Of a stretch of 64,000 nt of DNA, positions 1 to 10,023 are shown one piece after another (position 1 is the first letter of the stretch; each line of letters begins with the position of its first letter). Source of the stretch: Myxococcota bacterium (GTDB taxonomy: Bacteria; Myxococcota_C; UBA6777). Made by a program: the position numbers and the translations under genes. The notes beneath the pieces were generated by a model. The model ran no database searches, had not been told where the DNA came from, and saw only the letters and a list, made by a program, of their open reading frames with translations. The stretch is from NCBI GenBank assembly GCA_023150835.1, contig JAKLKB010000033.1, positions 2,411 to 66,410 on the forward strand. Reading direction: 5' to 3'.

Positions 1-1797
1 GTTTCCCAATCCCCCCAAGCCCCCGCAGCGTTGCGCTCCCAAGCAGAGGCCGCGATCCTTGACAGCAAACAGCATCGTGCGTGGATGCGCCGCAGTCGCT
101 TCTTTCGGCGTGGTACGTTGGTTCCGGGGGGAAATCTGCGCGAGCGTCTGCGCATTGAACGCCAACGATTGCGCCGCGCATCGCTCGCCGTCGGGCGGTG
201 GCTTGCGGTATACCAAGATCTCCAAAGCAAAGAGGTGCTTTGCTTACAAGAAGAACAGAGGCAGATCGAGAAACAAGAAGAAAAGCTCTCGCGCATACAA
301 CCCGATATCCTCGACGCGCTCGAAAAAAACGAGATGGCCCTGTTAGACAAGCATTACTCGCGCTTTTTGTTTGCGCGCAATACAGCGTTGCGGGTGCATT
401 ATGCACGAGCGCAACGTTGCTATACGGCGCTGCATACGCAGTTTGCGCAGCACCATCGTATGCTCTCAAGGGCCATCTGGTTCGAGGAGTTTCCTCTGCA
501 TTACGATCATCCGTCCTTGCGTCGGTTTGAAGCATCGGGTTTGTTTCTCTTCGATAGCTTTGTGGATCAATTGCGTGATGACTTTCACGCAGCCTACGAA
601 CCCGAAAATCGACTCCAGAAGCGGAAGTGGACCCTTGGGACGGGGCTTTCCGCTCGTTTGCTGTACCAGCGCGATTGGCCGAGTGGATGGCTCGCACGCG
701 TCGACGCACAAGCCGAGGGGCGGTATTATTTTCTTTTGCCGCAGTTAGGCTCTTTTGGGGGCGCGTTGGATCTTCAGCTTTTGCACGGCAAACGCACGAC
801 CTCCTACGAAGGGCTGACCTTTTTCCAGCTACAAGGAGCCTACAGCCAAGCACCTCCCGAAGAGACCGGATGGCCTGAGATGTACGTTGGCGAGCGCGTG
901 ACGGCGCGTGCTGCGTGGGGGATTGCGGGCCGATGGTCTCGTCTGCGCGGAAATACCGTGTCTTTGAAGCTACGAATCGATCACGAGCTACAAGCCCCCA
1001 TCCAAGAACCCGAAGGCCCCGCACTCAGCGCAGGGATGCGCAGTCGCCTCCAAGGGCGCGCCTCGTTTCGTTTCCAACGCGGGATCTTTGGGGTCTCGCT
1101 TTGGCAGCGTTTCGCGTGGTCTCATGCTTTTGAATCGCGCAATCTTTCCGCCAACCAATGGGATATCCTTTTGCGCTTTCAAGCGGGTGATCCGCGCCGC
1201 GATCTCAGCTTCCAATTGAGCGGTGGTTTGGGGGCTTATTGGCCGATCTCCCAAACACCCGTCCCAACGTGGCCTTCCGCCCTGACACAACCGATCTACA
1301 CGCCGATCTTTGCGATCCGCCTCCAAAGTCCACCAAGTGTCAGCCGTTATCCGTTGCACTGGTTGTTGGCTTTTGAACGCAAGATCTATCCTGCGTTGCG
1401 CTTCGATTCTTCGGCTGTGTTGGAACATTCTTTTCTTGCGCAGATCTCTTTTGGGGCACCTCCCCCCCAACTGGCTCTTTTGCCGTGGACGCAGTTTACA
1501 GCGGTGTTTGGGATGTCGCTGCATTTCTTGGAGGTCGATGCGCTACAAGCGCCCGTCCAAGTCGCCGCAACACCCGTCAAGATCCCCCAACAGCTAATCC
1601 GTATCTTTGCCAAAGCTTACCTTCCTTTCGAGCGCTATTGGGGGGTAGAGACGGGGCTTCATCTTGACTTTGTGGCCCAAGGCTTTCGTAGCTACGAAGA
1701 TCCCGATAGCCAGCCGCTTCGAGCCTCTCCGCGCAACCACTTTCTTCCGCGTGCGATGGTGTATTTGCGCTTGCACTTTGGCTTGCCGCTGCGTTGA
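1..1797 (+). CDS. Hypothetical protein, 5'-truncated by the window; C-terminal part resembles an outer-membrane beta-barrel
   Basis: Frame +1 is open from base 1. A helical N-part is followed by alternating amphipathic, aromatic-rich strands ending VYLRLHFGLPLR. Confidence 0.6.
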   Translation, partial: VSQSPQAPAALRSQAEAAILDSKQHRAWMRRSRFFRRGTLVPGGNLRERLRIERQRLRRASLAVGRWLAVYQDLQSKEVLCLQEEQRQIEKQEEKLSRIQPDILDALEKNEMALLDKHYSRFLFARNTALRVHYARAQRCYTALHTQFAQHHRMLSRAIWFEEFPLHYDHPSLRRFEASGLFLFDSFVDQLRDDFHAAYEPENRLQKRKWTLGTGLSARLLYQRDWPSGWLARVDAQAEGRYYFLLPQLGSFGGALDLQLLHGKRTTSYEGLTFFQLQGAYSQAPPEETGWPEMYVGERVTARAAWGIAGRWSRLRGNTVSLKLRIDHELQAPIQEPEGPALSAGMRSRLQGRASFRFQRGIFGVSLWQRFAWSHAFESRNLSANQWDILLRFQAGDPRRDLSFQLSGGLGAYWPISQTPVPTWPSALTQPIYTPIFAIRLQSPPSVSRYPLHWLLAFERKIYPALRFDSSAVLEHSFLAQISFGAPPPQLALLPWTQFTAVFGMSLHFLEVDALQAPVQVAATPVKIPQQLIRIFAKAYLPFERYWGVETGLHLDFVAQGFRSYEDPDSQPLRASPRNHFLPRAMVYLRLHFGLPLR

Positions 1798-1924
1798 TCG
1801 CGAAAGGTGGGTTGTGATGTGTGTGCGAATTGGACCGAGATCATCGAATCGATCGGATGCGGCAAGTGCCTGCACCTCGTTATGGGTTGCAGCCTCCTTG
1901 CCCCCGTATCAGCGGGCTGTACAG

Positions 1925-4900
1925 ATGCTTTTTAAACCAACGATGCTGGTGCCTTGTGTGCTGGGGGGGGGAGGGTTTGATCGCGCTGCTCTTTTGCGGG
2001 AGTGGTTTTGCTTCTTTTGGGCCTGTTTTTCCGTAGGGACGGTGCTTTATGTGTCTCGCGTGGAGGCAGAAAACTGGCAGATCCGCCGCAAAGATCGTTG
2101 GGAGAAAGTCGCCCTTCGATGGCGGCAGCTTTTTCTCCAAGATCCACGACGTGATGACGTTGCACAGCAGCTTTGGCTACATTATGCAAAACGCGGAACC
2201 ACCGAACGATTGATCCAAGAGATCCATCAAACGCCTGTTGGCTCCAAAGAGGCTGATCGAAAGATGCTTGCTCTAGCGCAGCTTTATCATCGCAAAGCCG
2301 CCCATCAACGGGCGTTTGTGTTGTGGACGCTTTTATGGGAAAAACGACAGCGCTTACAAACGTGGCTGCATCCCGCACAGATCGCCCTTTGGAACAGCCG
2401 ATCTCTTCAAGCGCAGGCCCGCTTTTCCGAAGCCCTCGTCTTTCTTCAACGCGCCCAACAAGCCTCTCCCCCAAAGCCCCTTCACCTCAAGATATTGCAG
2501 GAGATCGTTGCACTTTCCGCCTCGCGCCAACAGCCTCTACAAGCCCTTCAAGCACTCCAACACCTTGTCCAACTTCTCCCCAACGATCCACGCCACAAGA
2601 TCGCGATGGCGCAGATCCTTCGACAGCTTCGGCGTTATCGCGAGGCCAGTGCGATCTTGCGCGACGCGATCCAAAAAGCACCCAAGCCCCAACGCCCGAT
2701 GCTTTGGAAACAGATCGCCGAAGATGCCCTGCGAGCAGGTGAACTGGACACCGCCCTCCAAGCCCTCACGCAAGCTCGCCGCTCGCTCGACGCTCAACAC
2801 TGGCTGCACCGCGAGTTGGACCCTCTCGCCATCCGTACGCATCGGCTCCAAGCGTCTTTGCCTGTGTTGATCCGAGACTACGAACAAGCTGTTTCGACCG
2901 ATCCCCAACGCATCCAACCCTTGCTCGCGCAGCTTTACGAAGAGATCGCCCAACCCCAAAAAGCCATCGCGATGTACCAGCAGATCGTGTCCTCTGATCC
3001 GAGCAGCCCGTATTATCCGAAGCTTGCGGGGCTACTTGTTCAACAAGGCCGCACAAAGGAGGCGATCGCGCTGATGCTCCAACGCCAACAGCGCGCCCCA
3101 CAAGACGACACCATCGCGATCCAGACCCTTGACTTCTTCTACTCCCTCGACACCAACGAGTCTTCCAGCACGCTCCAAGCCTTTTTGCGTTCCCCCCTTG
3201 GACAACAACCGCGCTTCCTTGAATCCTTGCTTCAACGTGCGACGGCTTGGAAGCTCGAACCCACGCAACAACTCCCCTTTTATGAGCGGCTGTGTGCGCT
3301 GCCTCCGCTGCGGGCCTCTTGCTTTTCTCGCTGGGGCAAACTCTTGTGGACCTTGCATCGACGTGCCGAAGCTTACGCGACATGGCGACGCATCGAGTCC
3401 TTGCATCCGCCTTCTGCGCGGGACTTGTTTGTGTTGGCGCTCTTGCTTCTTCAACATGAACGTGGCACAGACAGCATCCCGATCCTTGAGCGTGTGCTGG
3501 CTCTTGCCCCCAAACACACACGCGCTCGCTTGCGTCTTGCCCAAGAGCTTCTGAAAGCGGGTGACCCCAAAAAACAGGCTGACGCGCTGTTTCGCCGCGT
3601 CTTGCGCGAAAGCCCTCTGGCCTCTTTGCGCGAACAAGCCCGAAAAGGTGTCATCCAAACTGCGTTTCTTCACTACGGAAAAGAAGGCGCTTGGTTTTTC
3701 TTTTCTTCTCGCTCGACTCTTGAACCTTTGTCTCTTTTTCAAAAGAAATTGTATATCGCTTATGCTTTGGAAAGCCAAGATCGCGCCCTTGCCACTCGCC
3801 AACTCCAAGAAGCGCTGTCGTTTTCACCCGACGATATCGAACTGCATCGCATCGCTCTCTTGATCTACGGCCACACTGCCTCTGCCCTCCCTCATTTTTT
3901 TCGCCTGATCGAGCTCGATCCTGCCCATCAGATGCGCTACCTCCCCGATCTGCTCCATCTCGCCGAAACCCACCGCCAACAACACCGCATCCTCCCGCTT
4001 CTCCAAAGCCTCACCCAACAACAGCCCGATCAAATCAAGCTCTGGCGATGGCTTGGAAAACAAGCTCTTGCTCAAAAGCGATGGCAGCTTGCCCAACAGG
4101 CTTTTTCGGAAGTCTTGCAGCGCGAACCCAACGATACATCGAGCCGCCTCGGGATCGCTCGTCTCCACACACGCGCACAACGCTGGAAAGAGGCTTATAC
4201 CCTTCTCTCCACACCCCCCTTTCCGACACAAGAACACGCGCCTTGGCAGACGTTGCTTTTGCGTGTCGGGCAACATCAAAAAGTGCCGCCTGCACAGTTG
4301 CTCTCTGACCTTCAACGATCGTTGCAAGGTCATCCCGCCCCTCTATTCGGCCTGATGCACCATCTCCAAGAGATCCGCCATAGCCCTCAACCCTCCAAAC
4401 TGCGCCAACATGCGCGCACGCTCACAAACCAACACCTCGATACGTGGCACCACATCGTTCTTGATGCGCGCCAGCCGCTTCGTTATCGTTGGCAAGCCGC
4501 TTTGCTGATCCTCGAAGCCAAACAGAAACGTTCTTTGCCCACCCTTAAACGCCTTTTGCTCGATCGCATCGAGCGTTTGCGTGGCGCTGCTCTGATCGGG
4601 CTGGCCTTTATCGATGGCCTCGATCAATACGCATGGATCAACGAAGCACGCACCCAAGAGCGCCATCACACGGTGCGGATCGCGGCCATGATCGCGGATG
4701 CTTGGGTGCTCAAAGACCCTACCGCTCAACGTTATGCCCTCCAAAGCGCTTGCCATCGGGTGAGCACCCGTTGGCTCCAACGCTTGCTTTGGAGTACGCT
4801 CGCTCTTCAACCTTCCCTCCAAGAACTCCCCATCCTTGCCTGCCTATTTCGTTACGGAAACGCGGACCTTCAGCGCGACACCCTTCGGCTTCTTGCGTAC

Positions 4901-5113
4901 ATGCCGCCCTCTCTGATCTCTCTCTTAAAAGAGCAGCTCCAACAACCCGGATATTCCCGCTGTTTTTTGTACCAAGCTTTTCGCTACCTCAGCCGCCACC
5001 CCGAAGTCTCCCCTGCTGTTCAACAAGCCGCACGCACACAACCCCTCGATCCTCTCGCTGATCTCTGCCGCAGCGAAACAAATAATCGTATCGACCTTCC
5101 CGTCTTTCATTGA
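1925..5113 (+). CDS. Large TPR-repeat protein with C-terminal HEAT-like repeats, probably exported
   Basis: Many TPR-like motifs (LQHLVQLLPNDPRHKIAMAQ, ERVLALAPKHTRARLRLA) and a hydrophobic N-terminal segment. Start uncertain (ATG 1925 or 1943). Confidence 0.8.
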   Translation: MLFKPTMLVPCVLGGGGFDRAALLREWFCFFWACFSVGTVLYVSRVEAENWQIRRKDRWEKVALRWRQLFLQDPRRDDVAQQLWLHYAKRGTTERLIQEIHQTPVGSKEADRKMLALAQLYHRKAAHQRAFVLWTLLWEKRQRLQTWLHPAQIALWNSRSLQAQARFSEALVFLQRAQQASPPKPLHLKILQEIVALSASRQQPLQALQALQHLVQLLPNDPRHKIAMAQILRQLRRYREASAILRDAIQKAPKPQRPMLWKQIAEDALRAGELDTALQALTQARRSLDAQHWLHRELDPLAIRTHRLQASLPVLIRDYEQAVSTDPQRIQPLLAQLYEEIAQPQKAIAMYQQIVSSDPSSPYYPKLAGLLVQQGRTKEAIALMLQRQQRAPQDDTIAIQTLDFFYSLDTNESSSTLQAFLRSPLGQQPRFLESLLQRATAWKLEPTQQLPFYERLCALPPLRASCFSRWGKLLWTLHRRAEAYATWRRIESLHPPSARDLFVLALLLLQHERGTDSIPILERVLALAPKHTRARLRLAQELLKAGDPKKQADALFRRVLRESPLASLREQARKGVIQTAFLHYGKEGAWFFFSSRSTLEPLSLFQKKLYIAYALESQDRALATRQLQEALSFSPDDIELHRIALLIYGHTASALPHFFRLIELDPAHQMRYLPDLLHLAETHRQQHRILPLLQSLTQQQPDQIKLWRWLGKQALAQKRWQLAQQAFSEVLQREPNDTSSRLGIARLHTRAQRWKEAYTLLSTPPFPTQEHAPWQTLLLRVGQHQKVPPAQLLSDLQRSLQGHPAPLFGLMHHLQEIRHSPQPSKLRQHARTLTNQHLDTWHHIVLDARQPLRYRWQAALLILEAKQKRSLPTLKRLLLDRIERLRGAALIGLAFIDGLDQYAWINEARTQERHHTVRIAAMIADAWVLKDPTAQRYALQSACHRVSTRWLQRLLWSTLALQPSLQELPILACLFRYGNADLQRDTLRLLAYMPPSLISLLKEQLQQPGYSRCFLYQAFRYLSRHPEVSPAVQQAARTQPLDPLADLCRSETNNRIDLPVFH

Positions 5114-5196
5114 CCTGCGTGAGTTGCCTATGCGGGGATTGAGGATTTTTTGATCTTGCGCTAAGACCTGAGGGCTAGCGGCTGAAACACCTAACG

Positions 5197-5319
5197 ATAC
5201 GAAATCCACCCACCGTGTGATCGTCAAACGTAGGAGCAGCCCCCTGTGGCTGCCCAAGAACAGGGCAATTACAGCGGATCGCGTCAACATCGCGATCTCA
5301 CACCACTCGGATATCGTAT
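5197..5319. mobile_element. MITE-like repeat family A, copy 1 (contains a GTAG-type REP hairpin)
   Basis: Ends ATACGAAATCC...GGATATCGTAT are imperfect inverted repeats; internal GTAGGAGCAGCCCCCTGTGGCTGCCC. Homologues at 17525, 19650, 33882 and 54139. Confidence 0.75.
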
Positions 5320-5333
5320 GAGCAGGTCGCACC

Positions 5334-7730
5334 ATGCCAAACCAACCCATCCACGCATCGTCTGGCGAATTCCTTGACGCAGCTTTTCCATTTGATCTCG
5401 CTCAGTTGTTTGAAGATCTTTTGCATGAGTTGTACATCTTCGATCGCGAGTCTCTGCGATTTCTTGTCGTCAACCGAACTGCACGCGAAAACCTCGGATA
5501 CTCTAGCGAAGAATTTCATCAGATCACCCCGCTGCATCTCAAGCTAGACTATACACGCGAACGCTTCGAGGCTCTGATCGCTCCGCTTCGTGAGGCCCGC
5601 GAAAAAAGGGTATGTTTTGAAACTTTGCACACCCGAAAAAACGGGACACGCTACCCCGTCGAAGTCCACTTGCAGACGGGCGAATGGAGCGGGCGTGTTG
5701 TGTTTGTTGCGATGGTTCTGGATACCTCCGAGCGCGTCCAAGTTCAAGAAGCTTTGCGCCTTAGTGAACGCCGCTTGCGCACCATCTTTGAACAAGTGGG
5801 CGTGGGCGTCGCCCTGATCCACACGGAATCTTCGGTGTATCTGAGGGTCAATCAACGTTACTGCGATATCGTGGGCCGCACCCACCAAGAACTCATGGCG
5901 GGCCTTACCTTCAAAGATCTCACGCATCCAGACGATCTTGCCCGTCAATCGGTCAAGATGGAACAGATGGAACGTGGCGAGATCGCCGACTTTACGATGG
6001 AAAAGCGTTTTGTCCACAAAGACGGCTCTTGGGTTTGGGCGAGCCTGACGATCTCTCCGGGATGGGAGAAAGAAGACTCTCACCGCCAACACATCGCGAT
6101 CATCCAAGATATCACCCAAAGCAAGAAAGCCCGCGAAGAACTCCACCAAAAAAGTACGCTGTTGAAAAATATCCTCGATTCTTCCGAAGATTTGATCTTT
6201 GTGAAGGACTGCGATCTGCGCAACGTGCTTTCTAACCGCTGCTTCGCTGCGATCCTTGGAAAGGAACCTGAAGAGATCGTCGGGACGACAGACGAAGAAG
6301 CGGGATGGGATGTCCAGTTCATCGAGGGCGATCCTGCGCTCGGCATCCGAGGCTACGCCCAAGACGACCGCGAAGCGCTTTCAGGAAAGCGCGTCCACAA
6401 CCCCTATGATCCGGCCCCTGTGCGTGGAAAGATGCGGATCTTTGATACGAAAAAATTCCCTCTGCTCAACGAACAAAACGAGATCGTCGGTGTGTTGGGG
6501 ATCTCGCGTGATGTGACGGAGCGGCACGAAGACGAAAAACGGCGATTGGAGCTAGAGCGACAAGTACAACACGCGCAAAAGCTCGAAAGCCTCGGCATCT
6601 TGGCGGGTGGGATCGCACATGACTTTAATAACCTACTGACGGGCATCTTGGGATATTCGGATCTTGCGCTTAGTGCGATGATGCCGGGTTCATCGGTACA
6701 TGGATATATCGAAGAGGTTGTGAAGGGAGCCCGCCAAGCAGCAGCGTTAACACAGCAGATGCTTGCGTATTCCGGCAAGGGCCGTTTCGTTGTCAAGGCG
6801 TTGGATCTGGCCAAGTTGATCGAGGAGATGGGACGATTGTTGGAGATATCGATCTCCAAGAAGTGCATCTTGCGCTACGAGTTTATCCCGGGCCTTCCAT
6901 TGATCGAGGCGGATGCTTCGCAGGTTCGGCAGATCGTGATGAACCTTGTGATCAACGCCTCCGAAGCCATCGGCGATCGCAGCGGGGTGATCGCGGTCAG
7001 TACGGGCATGATGTTTTGCGACAAGGCTTATTTTTCAGAGACTTATCTCGACGAAAATCTGACGGAGGGGTTGTATGTCTATCTCGAAGTTTCGGACAAT
7101 GGGTGTGGTATGTCGCCCGAAACACAAGCCAAGATCTTCGATCCCTTCTTTACAACCAAGTTCACGGGGCGCGGGCTTGGTCTTGCCGCAGTATTGGGCA
7201 TCGTGCGTGGTCATCACGGGGCAGTAAAGGTGTACAGTGAGTTGGGCAGAGGCACCACCATGAAAGTTCTGTTTCCAGCTTCAGAACAACAAGGAGCGAA
7301 TGCTCGCATCGCTCCAACATCGCCTGTGGGGTGGCAGACTTCGGGACTGGCTCTGGTTGTGGACGACGAAGAATCTGTGCGGGCGTTGGCGCGTGTGATG
7401 CTCGAAAAAATGGGCTTTTCGGTGATATCTGCCGCAGATGGCCGCGAAGCTGTCGAGGTCTTTCGTCAAAAAGCCGATCAGATCGACCTTGTTTTGTTGG
7501 ATATGACGATGCCTCATCTCAACGGTGAGGAAACCTTTCGGGAGATGCGGCGGATCCGTAGCGGTGTATGTACAATCCTTTCTAGCGGATACAACGAGCA
7601 ATCCGCAACCAATCGTTTCGCTGGAAAGGGCCTCGCAGGATTTATCCAAAAACCGTATCGCTACGAAGGGCTGCGCGATGTCGTTCAAAAGGCGATCGAG
7701 GCGCGGGCACTCTCAACCGAACCCTCTTGA
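5334..7730 (+). CDS. Hybrid sensor histidine kinase (3x PAS - HisKA - HATPase - REC)
   Basis: H-box AGGIAHDFNNLL, N-box NLVINASEA, DNGCGM, FDPFFTTK, GRGLGL. Receiver with VVDDE and LLDMTMP. Confidence 0.95.
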   Translation: MPNQPIHASSGEFLDAAFPFDLAQLFEDLLHELYIFDRESLRFLVVNRTARENLGYSSEEFHQITPLHLKLDYTRERFEALIAPLREAREKRVCFETLHTRKNGTRYPVEVHLQTGEWSGRVVFVAMVLDTSERVQVQEALRLSERRLRTIFEQVGVGVALIHTESSVYLRVNQRYCDIVGRTHQELMAGLTFKDLTHPDDLARQSVKMEQMERGEIADFTMEKRFVHKDGSWVWASLTISPGWEKEDSHRQHIAIIQDITQSKKAREELHQKSTLLKNILDSSEDLIFVKDCDLRNVLSNRCFAAILGKEPEEIVGTTDEEAGWDVQFIEGDPALGIRGYAQDDREALSGKRVHNPYDPAPVRGKMRIFDTKKFPLLNEQNEIVGVLGISRDVTERHEDEKRRLELERQVQHAQKLESLGILAGGIAHDFNNLLTGILGYSDLALSAMMPGSSVHGYIEEVVKGARQAAALTQQMLAYSGKGRFVVKALDLAKLIEEMGRLLEISISKKCILRYEFIPGLPLIEADASQVRQIVMNLVINASEAIGDRSGVIAVSTGMMFCDKAYFSETYLDENLTEGLYVYLEVSDNGCGMSPETQAKIFDPFFTTKFTGRGLGLAAVLGIVRGHHGAVKVYSELGRGTTMKVLFPASEQQGANARIAPTSPVGWQTSGLALVVDDEESVRALARVMLEKMGFSVISAADGREAVEVFRQKADQIDLVLLDMTMPHLNGEETFREMRRIRSGVCTILSSGYNEQSATNRFAGKGLAGFIQKPYRYEGLRDVVQKAIEARALSTEPS

Positions 7731-7772
7731 GACGGCAAATCGATCGGTGTATCGGCCTGTTTTGGGGGGAGA

Positions 7773-9521
7773 TCAATCTTTGAATTGGGGGAAGGTGAAG
7801 CTACCGATGGCGCGTTTGAGGGAGAGAGTGGCGACTTCGAGGCTGAGGGTTTCGCGCAGGAGATTGATGCGTGCGGAGTTGAGGGTGTTGTTGGCGTCGG
7901 AGACTTCGAGGGGTGTGGCGACGCCTGTTTTGTAGCGTTCTTCGGTGAGGTTGTAGCTGCGTTCGGCCAAAACGACTTGTTGTCGAGCGGTTTCGATGGA
8001 GGCTTGGGCATTTTTGACGGCGAGCAGGGAGGTGGAGACTTCGTTTTCGACTTGGCGGTGAGTTTTGGCGAGATTGAGTCGGGCTTCGCGCAGTTTGGAT
8101 TCATTTTCTTGGAGGGCTGCGTAGCGAGCGCCACCTTCGTACAGGTTGAGGCTTGCGGACAAGGTGATGGACCACGTTGCATTTTGATCCGTCCCGAAGG
8201 CTCGGAAGTTCCCGACACGCAGAGAGGTTGCAAGAGCGATGGTGGGGATGTAGCGCAACCAGACTTCGGTGACGTTTTTTTCGGCGACTTGGACGGCAAA
8301 GCGGGCGGCTTTGACTTCTTCGCGGAGTTGCTTGGCTTGACTCATCCATGTATCAAGTCCATCCGTCATATCGGGCGGTGGAGCGGGGCGTTTGGGGCGG
8401 AAGCGCATATCGCGTTGGTTGAGCAACAAGGCGAGTGCGAGTTTGGTATTACGCAGCCCTGTTTCGGATTGGATCAGTTGTTGTTGTGCGCTGACCACGT
8501 CCAGTTCAGCGCGGGTGACGGTGAGAGAAGGCGTCACTCCTGCGAGATAACGGGCTTGGGCGATCTGCAAGCGTTCTTCGGCGTTTTGGAGAGTCTGCCG
8601 TGCGATATCGACCAAACCATCGGTCAAGAGGACGCTATAGTAGGCGCGGGTGGCTGCAAACATGATCTCGCGTCGGGCTTGTTTGAGGCTCTCAGCGATC
8701 TGATCCACCGATAGATAGGCCGCTTCCAAGATCGGGATGGCGCGAAGGTTAAAGAACTGCCAGTTTGCTTGGAGTTGGAAGATCAATTGGTCGATGGGGG
8801 TGATGATGGTGGGGGGGGCGTTGGCCATCTCTTCGAGTTGCTTTTTGGTTTCGGCTGGGATGGGAAAACCATCGAACAGCTTGAGCAACGGGCCAAACGA
8901 AGAACCTGTAGAGAACGCGGCTTCGACTTGGTTGCGTACATAGATGCCTTGGGCGGAGACTTGGGGCTTCAAGATCGCCCATGTCTTGTAGCGGATCAGT
9001 TCGGCTTGTACCATCCGCTCGCGCAAGATCTTAAGATCCAAGTTGTCTTTGCGAACCATCTCGTACACTTTGGTGAGATCAAGCTCGGGATCGCTGGCGT
9101 CTGTGCGCGGGCGCAAGGGCGGCTTTTTGATCGCGGTCACTTCTTTGGGGGCGGCGCTCGTGGTTGGCGTTTGCGCCAAGATCGCTGGAGTTGGTTTGAT
9201 TTGAAAAGGGCGTGTTCGGCGCGTTTTGGGCGTCTGTGTGGGCTTTTTGAGGATCAACGCCAAGCGTCGACGAAGTTGACGTTTGGACCATCGCGCTTTG
9301 CTATGGGTGCGATCTCGATCGGCGCGGCGTTTGTTGTATCGCTGTTGCTTCGCTCGGGTGGTTCGCTTCTTTCGATGGATTTCGCGCTTTGCTTGCTTTC
9401 CAAACCTCGTCTGTGTTCGGTCTTTTTGCGATCTTGTTGTGCTGTCTTCCGCCATCGCTGGGCGTCCCCACAAAATGACCGCTACAAAAAACATCCACAA
9501 AAACAACCTCATCCGCTTCAT
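7773..9521 (-). CDS. TolC-family outer membrane efflux protein
   Basis: OEP repeats (ARYLAGVTPSLTVTRAE; ERYKTGVATPLEVSDA). Signal peptide; GGAG RBS 7 nt before ATG 9521. Confidence 0.9.
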   Translation of the reverse strand: MKRMRLFLWMFFVAVILWGRPAMAEDSTTRSQKDRTQTRFGKQAKREIHRKKRTTRAKQQRYNKRRADRDRTHSKARWSKRQLRRRLALILKKPTQTPKTRRTRPFQIKPTPAILAQTPTTSAAPKEVTAIKKPPLRPRTDASDPELDLTKVYEMVRKDNLDLKILRERMVQAELIRYKTWAILKPQVSAQGIYVRNQVEAAFSTGSSFGPLLKLFDGFPIPAETKKQLEEMANAPPTIITPIDQLIFQLQANWQFFNLRAIPILEAAYLSVDQIAESLKQARREIMFAATRAYYSVLLTDGLVDIARQTLQNAEERLQIAQARYLAGVTPSLTVTRAELDVVSAQQQLIQSETGLRNTKLALALLLNQRDMRFRPKRPAPPPDMTDGLDTWMSQAKQLREEVKAARFAVQVAEKNVTEVWLRYIPTIALATSLRVGNFRAFGTDQNATWSITLSASLNLYEGGARYAALQENESKLREARLNLAKTHRQVENEVSTSLLAVKNAQASIETARQQVVLAERSYNLTEERYKTGVATPLEVSDANNTLNSARINLLRETLSLEVATLSLKRAIGSFTFPQFKD

Positions 9522-10023
9522 CCACATTCTCCACAGTGATCCAACCCACATCGCTCTTGACACGCTCGCCGCATCGTTTTCGGTCGGTGGACTCAAAAAA
9601 ACGTGTGCAACATTAATCCCCTCCCCCCCGCCTGTCAAGCGCAGGAAAACGATCCTGTCAGCGACGATCTTCTTGGATGGATGGGCTTCTCGAAAAGGTG
9701 CGCATCGCATCGTTCAAGATACGGAACACTCTATTGTTCGCAGCCCCTCGAATGGTTTCGTCGTTTGGAAAACGATCGAATCCTTCGTCGGTATGGGGCC
9801 AAGGGGCGACCGTCTATGGCGGAGTGGGTCCCTCGCTCCATTAAAACGATCTGCGAAACTCCTAACAGGACTTACGCAGTCGCCCAAAAAAGCCGTGTTC
9901 GCACCCGTCCAAGCGAGAACATCGAAGTCGGGGGTTTGGAGAAGGGGGTTTGGGGAGGAAGAAGGGGCGAAGGTGTAAAAAGGGCGGAAGATTGGGAGGG
10001 AAAGATGGATTGTTGGGAGCGGA

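Noticed and set aside
9604..9622. Sigma54 promoter for tolC
   Set aside because: GG-N10-GC spacing is present, but the -24 element (GGGGAT) is far from TGGCAC.
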